Below are positions 27,415-37,211 of a stretch of 55,573 bases of DNA, in pieces (the first letter of the stretch is position 1; each line of letters starts with the position of its first letter). Where the stretch lies: the IMG/VR virus record IMGVR_UViG_3300018083_000009, positions 1 through 55,573 of that record; one strand, given 5' to 3'. The notes beneath the pieces were generated by a model. It did not search any database. It saw nothing but the letters and a program-made list of their open reading frames with translations, and was not told the DNA's origin. The position numbers were made by a program, and so were the translations under genes. The DNA is from a virus (Duplodnaviria > Caudoviricetes).

Positions 27415-28104
27415 ATGAAATACATGGGCGGCAAAGCCAAGATCGCAAGCAAGCTAGCCGAAATTATTGGTTCTGGTGATGTATTGATTGAGCCATTCAT
27501 GGGTGGTGGTTCAATGACAGCCGCACTCGCGCCATCTTTTAACAAGGTATTTGCTTATGATATCCACATCGATTTGGTTCTGATGTGGCAAGCACTCCTG
27601 GCAGGGTGGGAGCCGCCTAGTAACGTTTCGCGTGAGGAATATTACAAATTGAAGTTCGATACGAACAGCGCATTAAGAGGATTCGCCGGGTTTGCTTGTG
27701 CTTTTGGTGGTGACTGGTTTCAAGGTTATGCATACAATACGATAAGAGCAAACTATGCACTTGAAGCTAAGAACTTGTTACGCAAGAAACTAAGGACGAT
27801 GAAAAATGTCGTTGTAGACCTGGAAGATTATCGGAACCTAGTTATACCGCCAGGAGCGGTTGTTTATGCTGATCCGCCTTATGGTGGAACACAAGGTTTC
27901 AAGACCGAATTGAATGGTGGCGAGTTCAATAGTAACGAGTTCTGGAATATTGCTTCCGGGTGGGCAACTAATGGTGCAACGGTGTTCGTTTCCGAATCAA
28001 ATGCTCCTGGCGATTGGGATTTGATCTGGGAAATGGAACGATCAAGAGGGTTACGAGGTAAGAACGATACACCTGTTGTTGAACGTCTATACTGCAAAGG
28101 ATGA
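27415..28104 (+). CDS. Dam-like (D12 class) DNA N6-adenine methyltransferase, copy 2
   Basis: YMGGK, EPFMGGG and YADPPY motifs; clear paralogue of the upstream gene. Confidence 0.9.
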   Translation: MKYMGGKAKIASKLAEIIGSGDVLIEPFMGGGSMTAALAPSFNKVFAYDIHIDLVLMWQALLAGWEPPSNVSREEYYKLKFDTNSALRGFAGFACAFGGDWFQGYAYNTIRANYALEAKNLLRKKLRTMKNVVVDLEDYRNLVIPPGAVVYADPPYGGTQGFKTELNGGEFNSNEFWNIASGWATNGATVFVSESNAPGDWDLIWEMERSRGLRGKNDTPVVERLYCKG

Positions 28105-28272
28105 TATGATGTTGCAAGACTATGAGGAAAAAAGAATCGTTATGTTAGAGAAACAAGTTGAAATCTTGATCGATTGCGTTTCAACTCTTGTTTTTCATTT
28201 GCAAGGAATGGGTGATAATCCGACACTGGAACGAATTATTGATAAACTCATTGAAGCGGAAAAATTATACGC

Positions 28273-28536
28273 TCATACCGAGTAAATTTTGTTGCTAATC
28301 TGTTTCCAATTGGAACATGCAACTAATCCTTTCTGGGTTAGTTGCATCGTTTCATCATCGATAAGTTTATAGTATGCTGCCAGTTCACACGCGATACGAA
28401 AGGTCTGGTAAACTTGCTCGCCAAACTCGTTGCTGATTTGTTTAGGACTCGTTGGGATGCCGTTATCTTGATAATGCTTAACTAAGCATATCGACCATAG
28501 TATCCATAACGTATCAATTGGGTTGTTGCGTGGCAT
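28273..28536 (-). CDS. Lone antisense-oriented small protein, possibly winged-helix
   Basis: Own promoter TTGACA-17-CACAAT (28580-28552, minus strand); LID....LTQKG wing-like motif. Confidence 0.5.
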   Translation of the reverse strand: MPRNNPIDTLWILWSICLVKHYQDNGIPTSPKQISNEFGEQVYQTFRIACELAAYYKLIDDETMQLTQKGLVACSNWKQISNKIYSV

Positions 28537-28696
28537 GTGCGAATGTCATCAATTGTGAGATTTGGCCTTGCATATGTCAAGTGGATGACGGTAGGCTGAA
28601 GAAAATCCCCTCCTGGCGTTTCTGACACGCCAGGAGGGTAAGATTTAGCATCGGGGGCAGATACTAAAACAACCGCCAACTTCACTGGAGTAAAGC

Positions 28697-29701
28697 ATGG
28701 CCGACTACATATACGATACGTCAACGGATTATGCAAGCGATAATTTCGTTACGGTCGCTCAGACCGCTGACGGTAAATTGTTGACCAAACGAAACTATGT
28801 TGGTCATCAAGTTAGTTATGACCGGGCGTTTAAATACAATTTCTTTGAGGTGCCTATCGGTTCGCTTGACGAACTATATATGCTTTGCATTCGTATGCTA
28901 GACAAACCACGATGTTGTTTCGTCCGCGCAAGAATCAAAGATATGAATAATCGTTTCAATGTTCGACGATTATATAAAGACCCAGAAGATTCTACTTTAA
29001 TTCTGGAACCATGTAATTGGTTTGCTTTGGATATCGATTGGGAACATCCTAGTTCTGGCGATTTACTTGAAGACTCTTCAACAATTCTCCTGGCGTTACC
29101 ACCTTGCTTTAGAGGGGTGGAATATTTCGTTGTCGCATCAGCATCATATGGTTACAAACCTGGAATAAGAATGCGAATGTTCTTTTGGTCCAGAGGTGTT
29201 GTTAACAATACAGATTTAAAACGATTATTGCATGGCTACGAAAGGATCGCTGATCCGGCCATATTTAATCCGATCCAACCTATTTACACAGCAAAACCAA
29301 TTTATGTTGAGAGTAATGATCCGATAGAGAAACGAATTGCATGGTATACACCATTCGGAATCTTTGCTTACGGAGTCGAAATATCAGCGGAAAACAAGAG
29401 TTACGTTGGTGCACCAGAGATTCGTTACACAAAGAAATCGGCAGAAAACTTCTTACAAAAGAAACTGCTTGATATCGCAGACCTAACGATTGGTGATCGG
29501 CATAACGGTTTGGTTCATGCCGGTTACTTTCTAGGGAAACTAGTTGGTCAAGGTCATTTCGAACGCGAAGAAATCATCGAACTCATGTTCGATGCGTGTT
29601 CGTATTGGAATGGTAGACGCAGCACTGCGAAAGATCGTGAAACCATTACGTTTGCGGTAGATCGCGGAATCGATGCCATGTATAAGGGGGAAATAGAATG
29701 A
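28697..29701 (+). CDS. Putative primase (prim-pol-like) protein
   Basis: ALDID motif, SAS.G...RMRMFFW, D.AIF...QPIYTA; C-terminal G.RHN.L; directly upstream of a VirE-like ATPase. Confidence 0.65.
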   Translation: MADYIYDTSTDYASDNFVTVAQTADGKLLTKRNYVGHQVSYDRAFKYNFFEVPIGSLDELYMLCIRMLDKPRCCFVRARIKDMNNRFNVRRLYKDPEDSTLILEPCNWFALDIDWEHPSSGDLLEDSSTILLALPPCFRGVEYFVVASASYGYKPGIRMRMFFWSRGVVNNTDLKRLLHGYERIADPAIFNPIQPIYTAKPIYVESNDPIEKRIAWYTPFGIFAYGVEISAENKSYVGAPEIRYTKKSAENFLQKKLLDIADLTIGDRHNGLVHAGYFLGKLVGQGHFEREEIIELMFDACSYWNGRRSTAKDRETITFAVDRGIDAMYKGEIE

Positions 29702-31338
29702 ATCCGGAACTGCAACAACTTATTGATGCGTTAAAAGAACTTACAAGTGATATCGAAAGGAAGCAATGGTTTAGTAAACGAAAGGAACTTTTCATTCCGC
29801 TCCTGGCGGATGTTTGGGAAAACAATAGACAAGAATGTGAAACAATAATCGAAGATATTATTGACAGCTTTCCGAAAGGAAAAATGAGACATAGAAAAGA
29901 TATCGTAACGTTTATCAAGATGGAGGTTGCAAGAAGAGTAAAAGATCGTAACAAAGATCATTTTACAGAAGAAGTTAAATTCGAACCCGATGCACAAGGT
30001 AACGTAAGAGCAACGATTGAAAATATGACGATGGTGTTTCTAAAGAGCAAACATATGAAACTAGAAAAAGATGATTTTACAGGTTCGCAACAATATGCCG
30101 TATTCGGTGAGCACAAGTTACCATGGCTCAATTCTAGTTCTGGACTTGAAATGAAATATCACGTTGAACATGCTGAGAAAGGTGTTAAGTCGATACAATA
30201 CGTAAATGCAATGGGTGGTTACGAACTCGCAGCGGTTAAGAATTATATGCAACAATTTTTCAAGACTGAAACGAATTGGCGAATGCTTAAAGAGTCTATA
30301 GTTAATGCAGCACAACAAAATGTTACCAACATGTATCAAGATTTCTTTCGTTACGGTTTACCAGAGTGGGATGGAATTAGCCGACTGGATTTTCTACATC
30401 GTCACGCTGGCGTTAAGAATAAAAAGTGGGCAATTATAGTTGCAAAAACAATACTCCTGGCGATGATGGCGCGTTGCTTCGAACCGGGATATGATTATCG
30501 CGGTATCGTAATATTTGAGGGGAAACAAAATATTGGTAAGAGTCGATTGTGTTTAACGTTCTGTTTTCATCCCGATTTCTTTACTCAATTTACCTTCGAT
30601 AAGAATCATAACGAATATGAAGTGAGTCGAAGGTTAGCTGGTAAAGCTGTTGTTGAATTTCCTGACATGGGCGGAATAAAAAGTCGAGAGACTGACTATA
30701 TCAAACAGTTTTTTACCGCAACGAAAGATTCCAATCGTAAGATGCATCAAGATGTTGTTGATAATGTGAAACGTATGTGGGTGCCGATCATTACAACTAA
30801 CTCTTCAGAACCATATCTTAACGATCAAACTGGTAACAGTCGATACATGCCAGTTTATTGTGATATCGATAAAATTGATATTGAAGCAATACAAGCAGAA
30901 ATGCCAATGCTCCTGGCAGAAGCCTTTGCCATGTGGAATGCCGGACAAACGCCTAGACTATCAGATGAAGAAATTCAATTACAAAACGAAATGTTGAAAC
31001 CACGAGAGATCGTTTCGGATTATTATTATTGGTTGCTACCGATACTTAAATTACATCAGAAAGAGTTTGTTAGGACTGAGGAACATTGGGACGATGGTGC
31101 AACGTTGGATAAAATACTCGATTGGGCTTCGGATCAAGATTGGTGTCATTCGAAACCACGTCATTACCATAAGCCAAGAATTAAAACGATCCTAAAGAAT
31201 TATTTTAATATTGAAAAGATTGTTAGAACTAAGAGAATTGATAAGGAGCCGGTATCGACACATAAATTTCGTTATGTTGGTGATATAGATTTCGAAACGT
31301 TTCTGTTTGGCATGGGTGATTATTCCGATGACTTGTGA
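29698..31338 (+). CDS. VirE/VapE-family P-loop ATPase (helicase)
   Basis: WDG.SRL, ARCFEPG, EGKQNIGKS Walker A, TTN..YL.D.TGNSRY.P. Confidence 0.88.
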   Translation: MNPELQQLIDALKELTSDIERKQWFSKRKELFIPLLADVWENNRQECETIIEDIIDSFPKGKMRHRKDIVTFIKMEVARRVKDRNKDHFTEEVKFEPDAQGNVRATIENMTMVFLKSKHMKLEKDDFTGSQQYAVFGEHKLPWLNSSSGLEMKYHVEHAEKGVKSIQYVNAMGGYELAAVKNYMQQFFKTETNWRMLKESIVNAAQQNVTNMYQDFFRYGLPEWDGISRLDFLHRHAGVKNKKWAIIVAKTILLAMMARCFEPGYDYRGIVIFEGKQNIGKSRLCLTFCFHPDFFTQFTFDKNHNEYEVSRRLAGKAVVEFPDMGGIKSRETDYIKQFFTATKDSNRKMHQDVVDNVKRMWVPIITTNSSEPYLNDQTGNSRYMPVYCDIDKIDIEAIQAEMPMLLAEAFAMWNAGQTPRLSDEEIQLQNEMLKPREIVSDYYYWLLPILKLHQKEFVRTEEHWDDGATLDKILDWASDQDWCHSKPRHYHKPRIKTILKNYFNIEKIVRTKRIDKEPVSTHKFRYVGDIDFETFLFGMGDYSDDL

Positions 31339-31531
31339 CTCCACTTAATTTGTTACGTGAGGTAATCGCTCGCAAGCGCTTGAAATTGCTGAATAAACGA
31401 TCGAGTGATTACCTGACTCCACTAAATTTCATATAAAACTTCATTAGAGTCACGTTAAATAGGTGATTTTTTTTTTTCTATATGTAGGTCGACCCAGAAA
31501 ACAGAGGTAATCGGTATAATCAGTGGAGTCA
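31336..31531. repeat. Iteron-like direct and inverted repeats; putative replication origin
   Basis: TGACTCCACT at 31336 and 31414, inverted at 31522; AGGTAATC at 31360 and 31505, inverted at 31407; AT-rich core with a T-run; directly after primase/helicase. Confidence 0.5.
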
Positions 31532-31648
31532 GTGTGATCCCGCCAGGAGCATTTTTATAATCCGCATACGCAACGTTTTTTCTGATTGACAGGCCAGGAG
31601 CGAATATGCCATGGATGTGACACGATGCCGCCAGGAGTAAGTTTCGGA

Positions 31649-32089
31649 ATGATAGCGATATCGGAACAAGAACTTGGCAACAGACTTAATCACGTAAGTT
31701 TATATCCGTTATTGGTTCCGAACAATCATTCACAAGCGGGGTGGCCAGATCGTTTCATACAATTGCCTGGAAGTAAAATCATCGCATGTGAATTGAAAGT
31801 CGTTTCACTAGTAAAGGATCATTGGTTTAATCTAACGGAGTTAAGGCAAACACAAGCAGCATGGCTTGCACAATGGCAACGAAGAGGGGGAATGTGTTTC
31901 GTTTTGGTTGGTCTTAATAGCGGAACTAATTTTGTTGGATATGCTACAGTAATACAAACGAAATGGAATGATTGGCTACAAGCTAATTGCAATAAATACA
32001 ATCTTAATACTAGTTTGGTTCATTGGGATATTGATGCGGTTATAGAATGGATTGATTATACTTTCGTAAAGGAGTCAACCGATGCCTGA
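31649..32089 (+). CDS. PD-(D/E)XK nuclease (VRR-NUC/resolvase-like)
   Basis: GWPDRF...ACELK...LR.TQ..W....GG motif. Confidence 0.75.
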   Translation: MIAISEQELGNRLNHVSLYPLLVPNNHSQAGWPDRFIQLPGSKIIACELKVVSLVKDHWFNLTELRQTQAAWLAQWQRRGGMCFVLVGLNSGTNFVGYATVIQTKWNDWLQANCNKYNLNTSLVHWDIDAVIEWIDYTFVKESTDA

Positions 32090-32393
32090 TGGTTTTGAAC
32101 CGCAAAGAGAACTAGAAAGAATTATTACGGCACGTGATCTTATTATGGAGTGCCGGCGTAATCCACTAGAAATAATTTCTTTCGTTCGTGAAATATATCG
32201 TAACCCTGAGAACCACCCTGATACCAGACTCCGCGCAATGAAAATGGAACTTGATCGTGGCTACGGTGAAACAATCAAACAAGTGAATCTAAACATGGAT
32301 GATCGTATGCCAGGAGTACAACGAGTCATCACGCTGCCATCAAACGGTCGCGACTCCATGGTCGAAGGACCGGTCATCGATGCCGATGTGTGA
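32082..32393 (+). CDS. Putative terminase small subunit
   Basis: Position before TerL; RLRA..ELDRGYG and C-terminal LP.NGRD motif. Confidence 0.55.
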   Translation: MPDGFEPQRELERIITARDLIMECRRNPLEIISFVREIYRNPENHPDTRLRAMKMELDRGYGETIKQVNLNMDDRMPGVQRVITLPSNGRDSMVEGPVIDADV

Positions 32394-32504
32394 TTATTTC
32401 GAAGCCGTACGAAAAGTTAAATTTAATTTTCTGTCCGCTGTCGCAATGAAAGGGGTCTGAAAATCCTCGATTCTGCCTACACTGTTGGGGTCGATCAAAT
32501 TGCC

Positions 32505-33860
32505 ATGGGACCGCAACCCGGACCTCAGGTGCAATTTCTTTCGACTAATGCGGATATCGCGATATATGGTGGTGCTGCTGGTGGTGGGAAAACATACGGA
32601 CTCCTTTTAGAAGCGGCGCGACATATCGATAATCCTAATTACGGTGCCGTGATATTTCGTAGGGAAGCCGTGCAAATAACCAGCGAAGGTGGTTTGCTCG
32701 ACACATCATATTCATTGTATAACGAAATTGATGGCCGACTTAAAATGTCACCGCACTACCAATGGAGATTCGAGAGTGGTGCAACCATTACATTCTCGCA
32801 TCTACATAACAAAGATGACGTTAACGATTGGCAAGGGAGTCAAATACCGTTAATTGGTTATGATGAATTAACGCATTTCACCGAATGGCAGTTCTGGTAT
32901 ATGCTGAGTCGTAATCGTTCCATGTGCGGAGTTAAACCATACATACGCGCAACATGCAATCCCGACGCTGATAGTTGGGTCGCTTCATTAGTGGAATGGT
33001 ATATAAACCCAGATACCGGTTATCCGATACCAGAACGAAGTGGTATCGTCCGTTACTTCATTCGTGTCGATAACAGATTGCATTGGAGCAGTTCCCGCCA
33101 GGAGCTAATGCAAGATTTTCCTGGCATGAGTCCTAAGTCATTTACATTCATTCCGGCAACGTTAGAAGATAACGTTGCACTAAATCAACAAGACCCAGAC
33201 TACCGGTCAAACCTGCTAGCACTTAATCGTGTTGAACGCGAAAGGTTGTTGCATGGTAACTGGAAAGTTAAACCGGAATCAGGCTCTTACTTTCCTTCCA
33301 TTAATATAACGATTATACCAGCTGTTCCCACTGATGTTAAATCATGGGTTCGTCGTTGGGATTTAGCAGCAACTGAACCAAATGAAACGAATCCAAGTCC
33401 TTCTGCTACCGCATCAGTGTTGATGGGTAAACGCAATGATGGTCGGATAGTAATTGCCGATGCAATCAATATCAGAAAGAACGCTAATGTAGTCCGTGAA
33501 ACGATCAAAGCCGTTGCGACTCAGGATCGAGCAAACTATTCTAGAGTCAAAACGATTATACCGCAAGACCCTGGCCAAGCAGGTAAGGACCAATCGTCAT
33601 CTTTGATACGACACCTTAATGGTTACAATATCAAATCGATAAGGGAGACCGGACCAAAGAAAACAAGAGCGGAACCATTGTCGGCGCAATGGCAAGCGGG
33701 AAACGTTGAGATTGTGGAAGGACCATGGAATCGTCAATACTTACTCGAAATGAGTGCATTCCCTAGCACTGACCACGATGATTACGTAGATGCATCAAGT
33801 GGTGCATACTTAGAATGTATCAGCAACGATTATAATAAGTGGTTGGCATTAGCATCATGA
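32505..33860 (+). CDS. terL: Terminase large subunit
   Basis: PQPGPQ, YGGAAGGGKT Walker A, YDELTHF Walker B, ATCNP, RRWDLAAT, HDDYVDA nuclease. Confidence 0.95.
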   Translation: MGPQPGPQVQFLSTNADIAIYGGAAGGGKTYGLLLEAARHIDNPNYGAVIFRREAVQITSEGGLLDTSYSLYNEIDGRLKMSPHYQWRFESGATITFSHLHNKDDVNDWQGSQIPLIGYDELTHFTEWQFWYMLSRNRSMCGVKPYIRATCNPDADSWVASLVEWYINPDTGYPIPERSGIVRYFIRVDNRLHWSSSRQELMQDFPGMSPKSFTFIPATLEDNVALNQQDPDYRSNLLALNRVERERLLHGNWKVKPESGSYFPSINITIIPAVPTDVKSWVRRWDLAATEPNETNPSPSATASVLMGKRNDGRIVIADAINIRKNANVVRETIKAVATQDRANYSRVKTIIPQDPGQAGKDQSSSLIRHLNGYNIKSIRETGPKKTRAEPLSAQWQAGNVEIVEGPWNRQYLLEMSAFPSTDHDDYVDASSGAYLECISNDYNKWLALAS

Positions 33861-35260
33861 ACGCAATCAATTCAATCAAGCAACGATTCGACGGCTTCTT
33901 GAATGTGCTTCAAGGACTAGGGTCAACACCCATTCCGAATCGGCATCGATTGAGTGGGTTGTATTCTGGTTTAGATCTTTGCGAATTGTATATGAATAAC
34001 GGACTTGCTCAAAAGATCATTGACAGACCATCAGATGATGCGACTCAGAAAGGAGTCGAAATAGATGGCGATGAAGAACGCTTAATGATGGATGAATACG
34101 ATAGACTTCAAGTGTTAGCTAAAGTTGCGAATGCGTTACGTTGGTCGCGCCTTATGGGTGGTTCGGTTATCTTGCTTATTGCAAAGGATGGTAAAGACCT
34201 TAATGAACCGCTTGATCTTAACAACTTAGATACGATTGAGGAACTAAGAGTTTACGACGTATCAACGATAAGACCTACTGACAAATACTATGAAAATGTA
34301 AACGATCCGACTACGTATGGAAAGATGGAATATTACGAGCTGTTACCGCCAGGAGTGGCGTCGGTAGAAGTTCATGAATCTCGACTTATCTTAATGGGTG
34401 GCGAACCGATTCCAACTCGTTATATGTTTGCACAAACAAGCATTGCTCGACTGCCATGGGTAGGTCGTTCTGTTTTAGAATCGTGCTCACAAGATATCAT
34501 CCGTTATCAACAAGGACTAGAATGGTCACTTAAGTTGCTAGAGCGTAAGCAACAAGCCGTTTACAATATGGACGGACTTGGTGAAATGTTCGCAGCCGGT
34601 GACGATGGGATAGTGCAACGAAGAATCAACTTAGTAGATACGGTGCGCGGCAATTTAAATACGGTGGTTGTAGATAAGAACGATACGTATGCAATACAAA
34701 GTGCTAGCATGGACGGAATCGATACGACAATCAAAGCATATCAAGTTGCGCTTTCTGCAAGCAGCAATATGCCACTTATGATTCTGTTTGGTGAACAAGC
34801 AAGCGGACTTGCTAATACTGGTGCAGGTAATCTAGAATCTTATTACGGTATGGTATCGCATATTCAGAACGTTATTGCTAGACCAGTATTAGAGAAGCTT
34901 ACATCTATTCTCTGGGTGCAACGAAGCCTATCAGGTAAGATACCAGATAAATGGAAGATCGAGTTTAATCCGTTATGGATTGCTACTGATCTTGAAATTG
35001 CACAAACGAAACAAGCGGAGACCGCAGCTAATTCTACAGAAGCAACAATGCTTGTTTCGCTTATGGAAAGTTCAATCCTGAGTCCGGAAGAGGTTCGACA
35101 AATCATTGTTGATCGTTACAATGATTACGACTTTACACCTGATCTACCGGAACAGTTTGAAAACGTTTCATATGCGAACGATGTTGATCCGGCCTTAATG
35201 GATGCTCCGACTGATCCTGATACGCCAGGAGTAAAGAGAAAGCTTGTTGAAACGAAATGA
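33857..35260 (+). CDS. Portal protein (DUF1073-type)
   Basis: LY..NGLAQKIID.P, WSRL.GG, P..ILFG....GL..TG, W.IEFNPLW; synteny after TerL. Confidence 0.88.
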   Translation: MNAINSIKQRFDGFLNVLQGLGSTPIPNRHRLSGLYSGLDLCELYMNNGLAQKIIDRPSDDATQKGVEIDGDEERLMMDEYDRLQVLAKVANALRWSRLMGGSVILLIAKDGKDLNEPLDLNNLDTIEELRVYDVSTIRPTDKYYENVNDPTTYGKMEYYELLPPGVASVEVHESRLILMGGEPIPTRYMFAQTSIARLPWVGRSVLESCSQDIIRYQQGLEWSLKLLERKQQAVYNMDGLGEMFAAGDDGIVQRRINLVDTVRGNLNTVVVDKNDTYAIQSASMDGIDTTIKAYQVALSASSNMPLMILFGEQASGLANTGAGNLESYYGMVSHIQNVIARPVLEKLTSILWVQRSLSGKIPDKWKIEFNPLWIATDLEIAQTKQAETAANSTEATMLVSLMESSILSPEEVRQIIVDRYNDYDFTPDLPEQFENVSYANDVDPALMDAPTDPDTPGVKRKLVETK

Positions 35261-36117
35261 AACATAAACGCAAACCAATTAAGCCGATGAAATATCCGCA
35301 GACTCATGATGCGTCTTATCGTAGGACTTTACTGCGACTTAGCAATGAATTGAAATTGTCTTTGAAACGTAACTTAGCACCGATAGTTCCTGATATGGTT
35401 GCGGAAGTAACTAGTCATCTAGATCACCCAGAAGGAAAGATGATTCGTTACGATGCATGGCAAGATGATTTGCGGAGAGAGTTCGCTAAGATCGCAAGAG
35501 AAATGGTTACACCAACGACCAAAGCGATTCGTGATATGCTAATTCTGGGTCCGAAAATAAATAACTTCAACAAAGAAGAATGGACTAAATTAGTTCGTTC
35601 TCAATACGGAGTGAATCCTACCAGCGAAGATCCAAAACGTTTTGATCATCTAATGAAAGTATGGGCTGAAAACAACGCTCGACTTATCAAAGATATTCCG
35701 CATAAGACAATGGATCAAATCAAAAACACAACGATTGAAACATTGCAGTCAGGCCGTAACGTAGAAGACATGACCGATAGAATTTATGATATCATGTCAG
35801 AACGAACAGACGTTACAGATTCGCGTGCGAGGCTGATTGCAAGAGATCAAGTCTCGAAACTAAATGGTGCATTTACGCAACAAAGACAACGTGACATTGG
35901 AGTCGAAAGTTACATCTGGCGAACGGTTGGTGATGAACGAGTTCGTGACACTCACGAATCAGTTGATGGTGAAACGTTTACTTGGGATAAGCCACCAAGT
36001 GAAACGGATGATAACCATCCCGGTGAAGACTATCAATGTCGTTGTTGGGCCGAACCAATATTGCCGGAAGAAGTTGCTTTTAATGCTTCATTGCTAGATG
36101 AAATGGAAGATGCATAA
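35257..36117 (+). CDS. Minor head protein (SPP1 gp7/Mu F-like)
   Basis: RARLIARDQ, Y.WRTVGDERVR..H, HPGEDYQCRC. Confidence 0.92.
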   Translation: MKHKRKPIKPMKYPQTHDASYRRTLLRLSNELKLSLKRNLAPIVPDMVAEVTSHLDHPEGKMIRYDAWQDDLRREFAKIAREMVTPTTKAIRDMLILGPKINNFNKEEWTKLVRSQYGVNPTSEDPKRFDHLMKVWAENNARLIKDIPHKTMDQIKNTTIETLQSGRNVEDMTDRIYDIMSERTDVTDSRARLIARDQVSKLNGAFTQQRQRDIGVESYIWRTVGDERVRDTHESVDGETFTWDKPPSETDDNHPGEDYQCRCWAEPILPEEVAFNASLLDEMEDA

Positions 36118-37190
36118 TGGTAACGAGATATGATATCATCGAGCTGAAAGCGGAAAAGACCGCTGATGGTTGGATTAGAGATAAACCGATCGTTACAAGA
36201 TCGGGTATATTTACATATCGTGATGCTAAAGGCAAAACGGTTAAAGAGTTTCGACCAGAGAACGAAGTGTTTTCTGATGATAGCATGTCTAGTTTGCGCG
36301 GCATACCTATAACAATGGGTCATAAAGGAATCGTTAAATCAGATTCTGATTTTGATATCATTGGCTCGATAGTTTCACAAGGTGAACGACAAGACGATAA
36401 TGTTCTTGCCGAATTAGTTATTCACAAGACTTCTAAGATCGGTAACAAGCGGGAGTTATCTTGTGGTTACACTTGCGATATAGATGACACTCCGGGAGAA
36501 TGGAAAGGGGAGCGGTATGACAGCATTCAAAAGAATGTAAAATATAACCACATTGCGATTGTCGATAAAGGTCGTGCCGGTAACGCAAGGTTACGACTTG
36601 ACCACGATGATTCCGCAAGCTTTCCTTTTGATTCTATAGAGGACAACACAATGCCAGACCCTACCGTTAAACTCGTTACGATCCGACTCGACGAACTTGA
36701 ATATCAAGCTTCGCCCGAAGTTTGTATTGCTTACAAAAAGGCAATGAATGATATTGTCGACTTGAAAAAACGGTTTGACGCTCTCGAAGCAGAACGTGAT
36801 AGTTTCAAAACGAAAGTATCAGAAGCTGATGCTAAAATCGCTGCGGTCAAATCTACCGCCAGGAGCGAAATTAAAGCACGGCTTGATCTTGAGTCCGTTG
36901 CTGGAACGAACAAAGTTAAGTTCGATGAGGAAACGACAGATCGTGCCATCAAGGAAGCGGTCCTTACGAAACTAAATCCATCGATTAAGTTCGATGGTAA
37001 ATCGGATGATTATGTGGACTCCGCTTTCGATATCGCAATGTCATATGAGTCTGATAAGAACAAGAAAGTTTCTCATCAGAAACATAGCGTTGATAAGCGA
37101 AATGATTCGGAAACGGATTATCGACCGGCTGCTATTTCCGGACGTGAAACAATGCTCCGTAGAATGCGCGGCGAAAAGGTCGATGCATAA
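36117..37190 (+). CDS. DUF2213 head maturation protease/scaffold
   Basis: GIPITMGH, RELSCGY, NHIAIVDKGRAG; coiled-coil C-terminus. Confidence 0.88.
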   Translation: MVTRYDIIELKAEKTADGWIRDKPIVTRSGIFTYRDAKGKTVKEFRPENEVFSDDSMSSLRGIPITMGHKGIVKSDSDFDIIGSIVSQGERQDDNVLAELVIHKTSKIGNKRELSCGYTCDIDDTPGEWKGERYDSIQKNVKYNHIAIVDKGRAGNARLRLDHDDSASFPFDSIEDNTMPDPTVKLVTIRLDELEYQASPEVCIAYKKAMNDIVDLKKRFDALEAERDSFKTKVSEADAKIAAVKSTARSEIKARLDLESVAGTNKVKFDEETTDRAIKEAVLTKLNPSIKFDGKSDDYVDSAFDIAMSYESDKNKKVSHQKHSVDKRNDSETDYRPAAISGRETMLRRMRGEKVDA

Positions 37191-37211
37191 TCCAAACGAT
37201 AGGAGTTTGAA

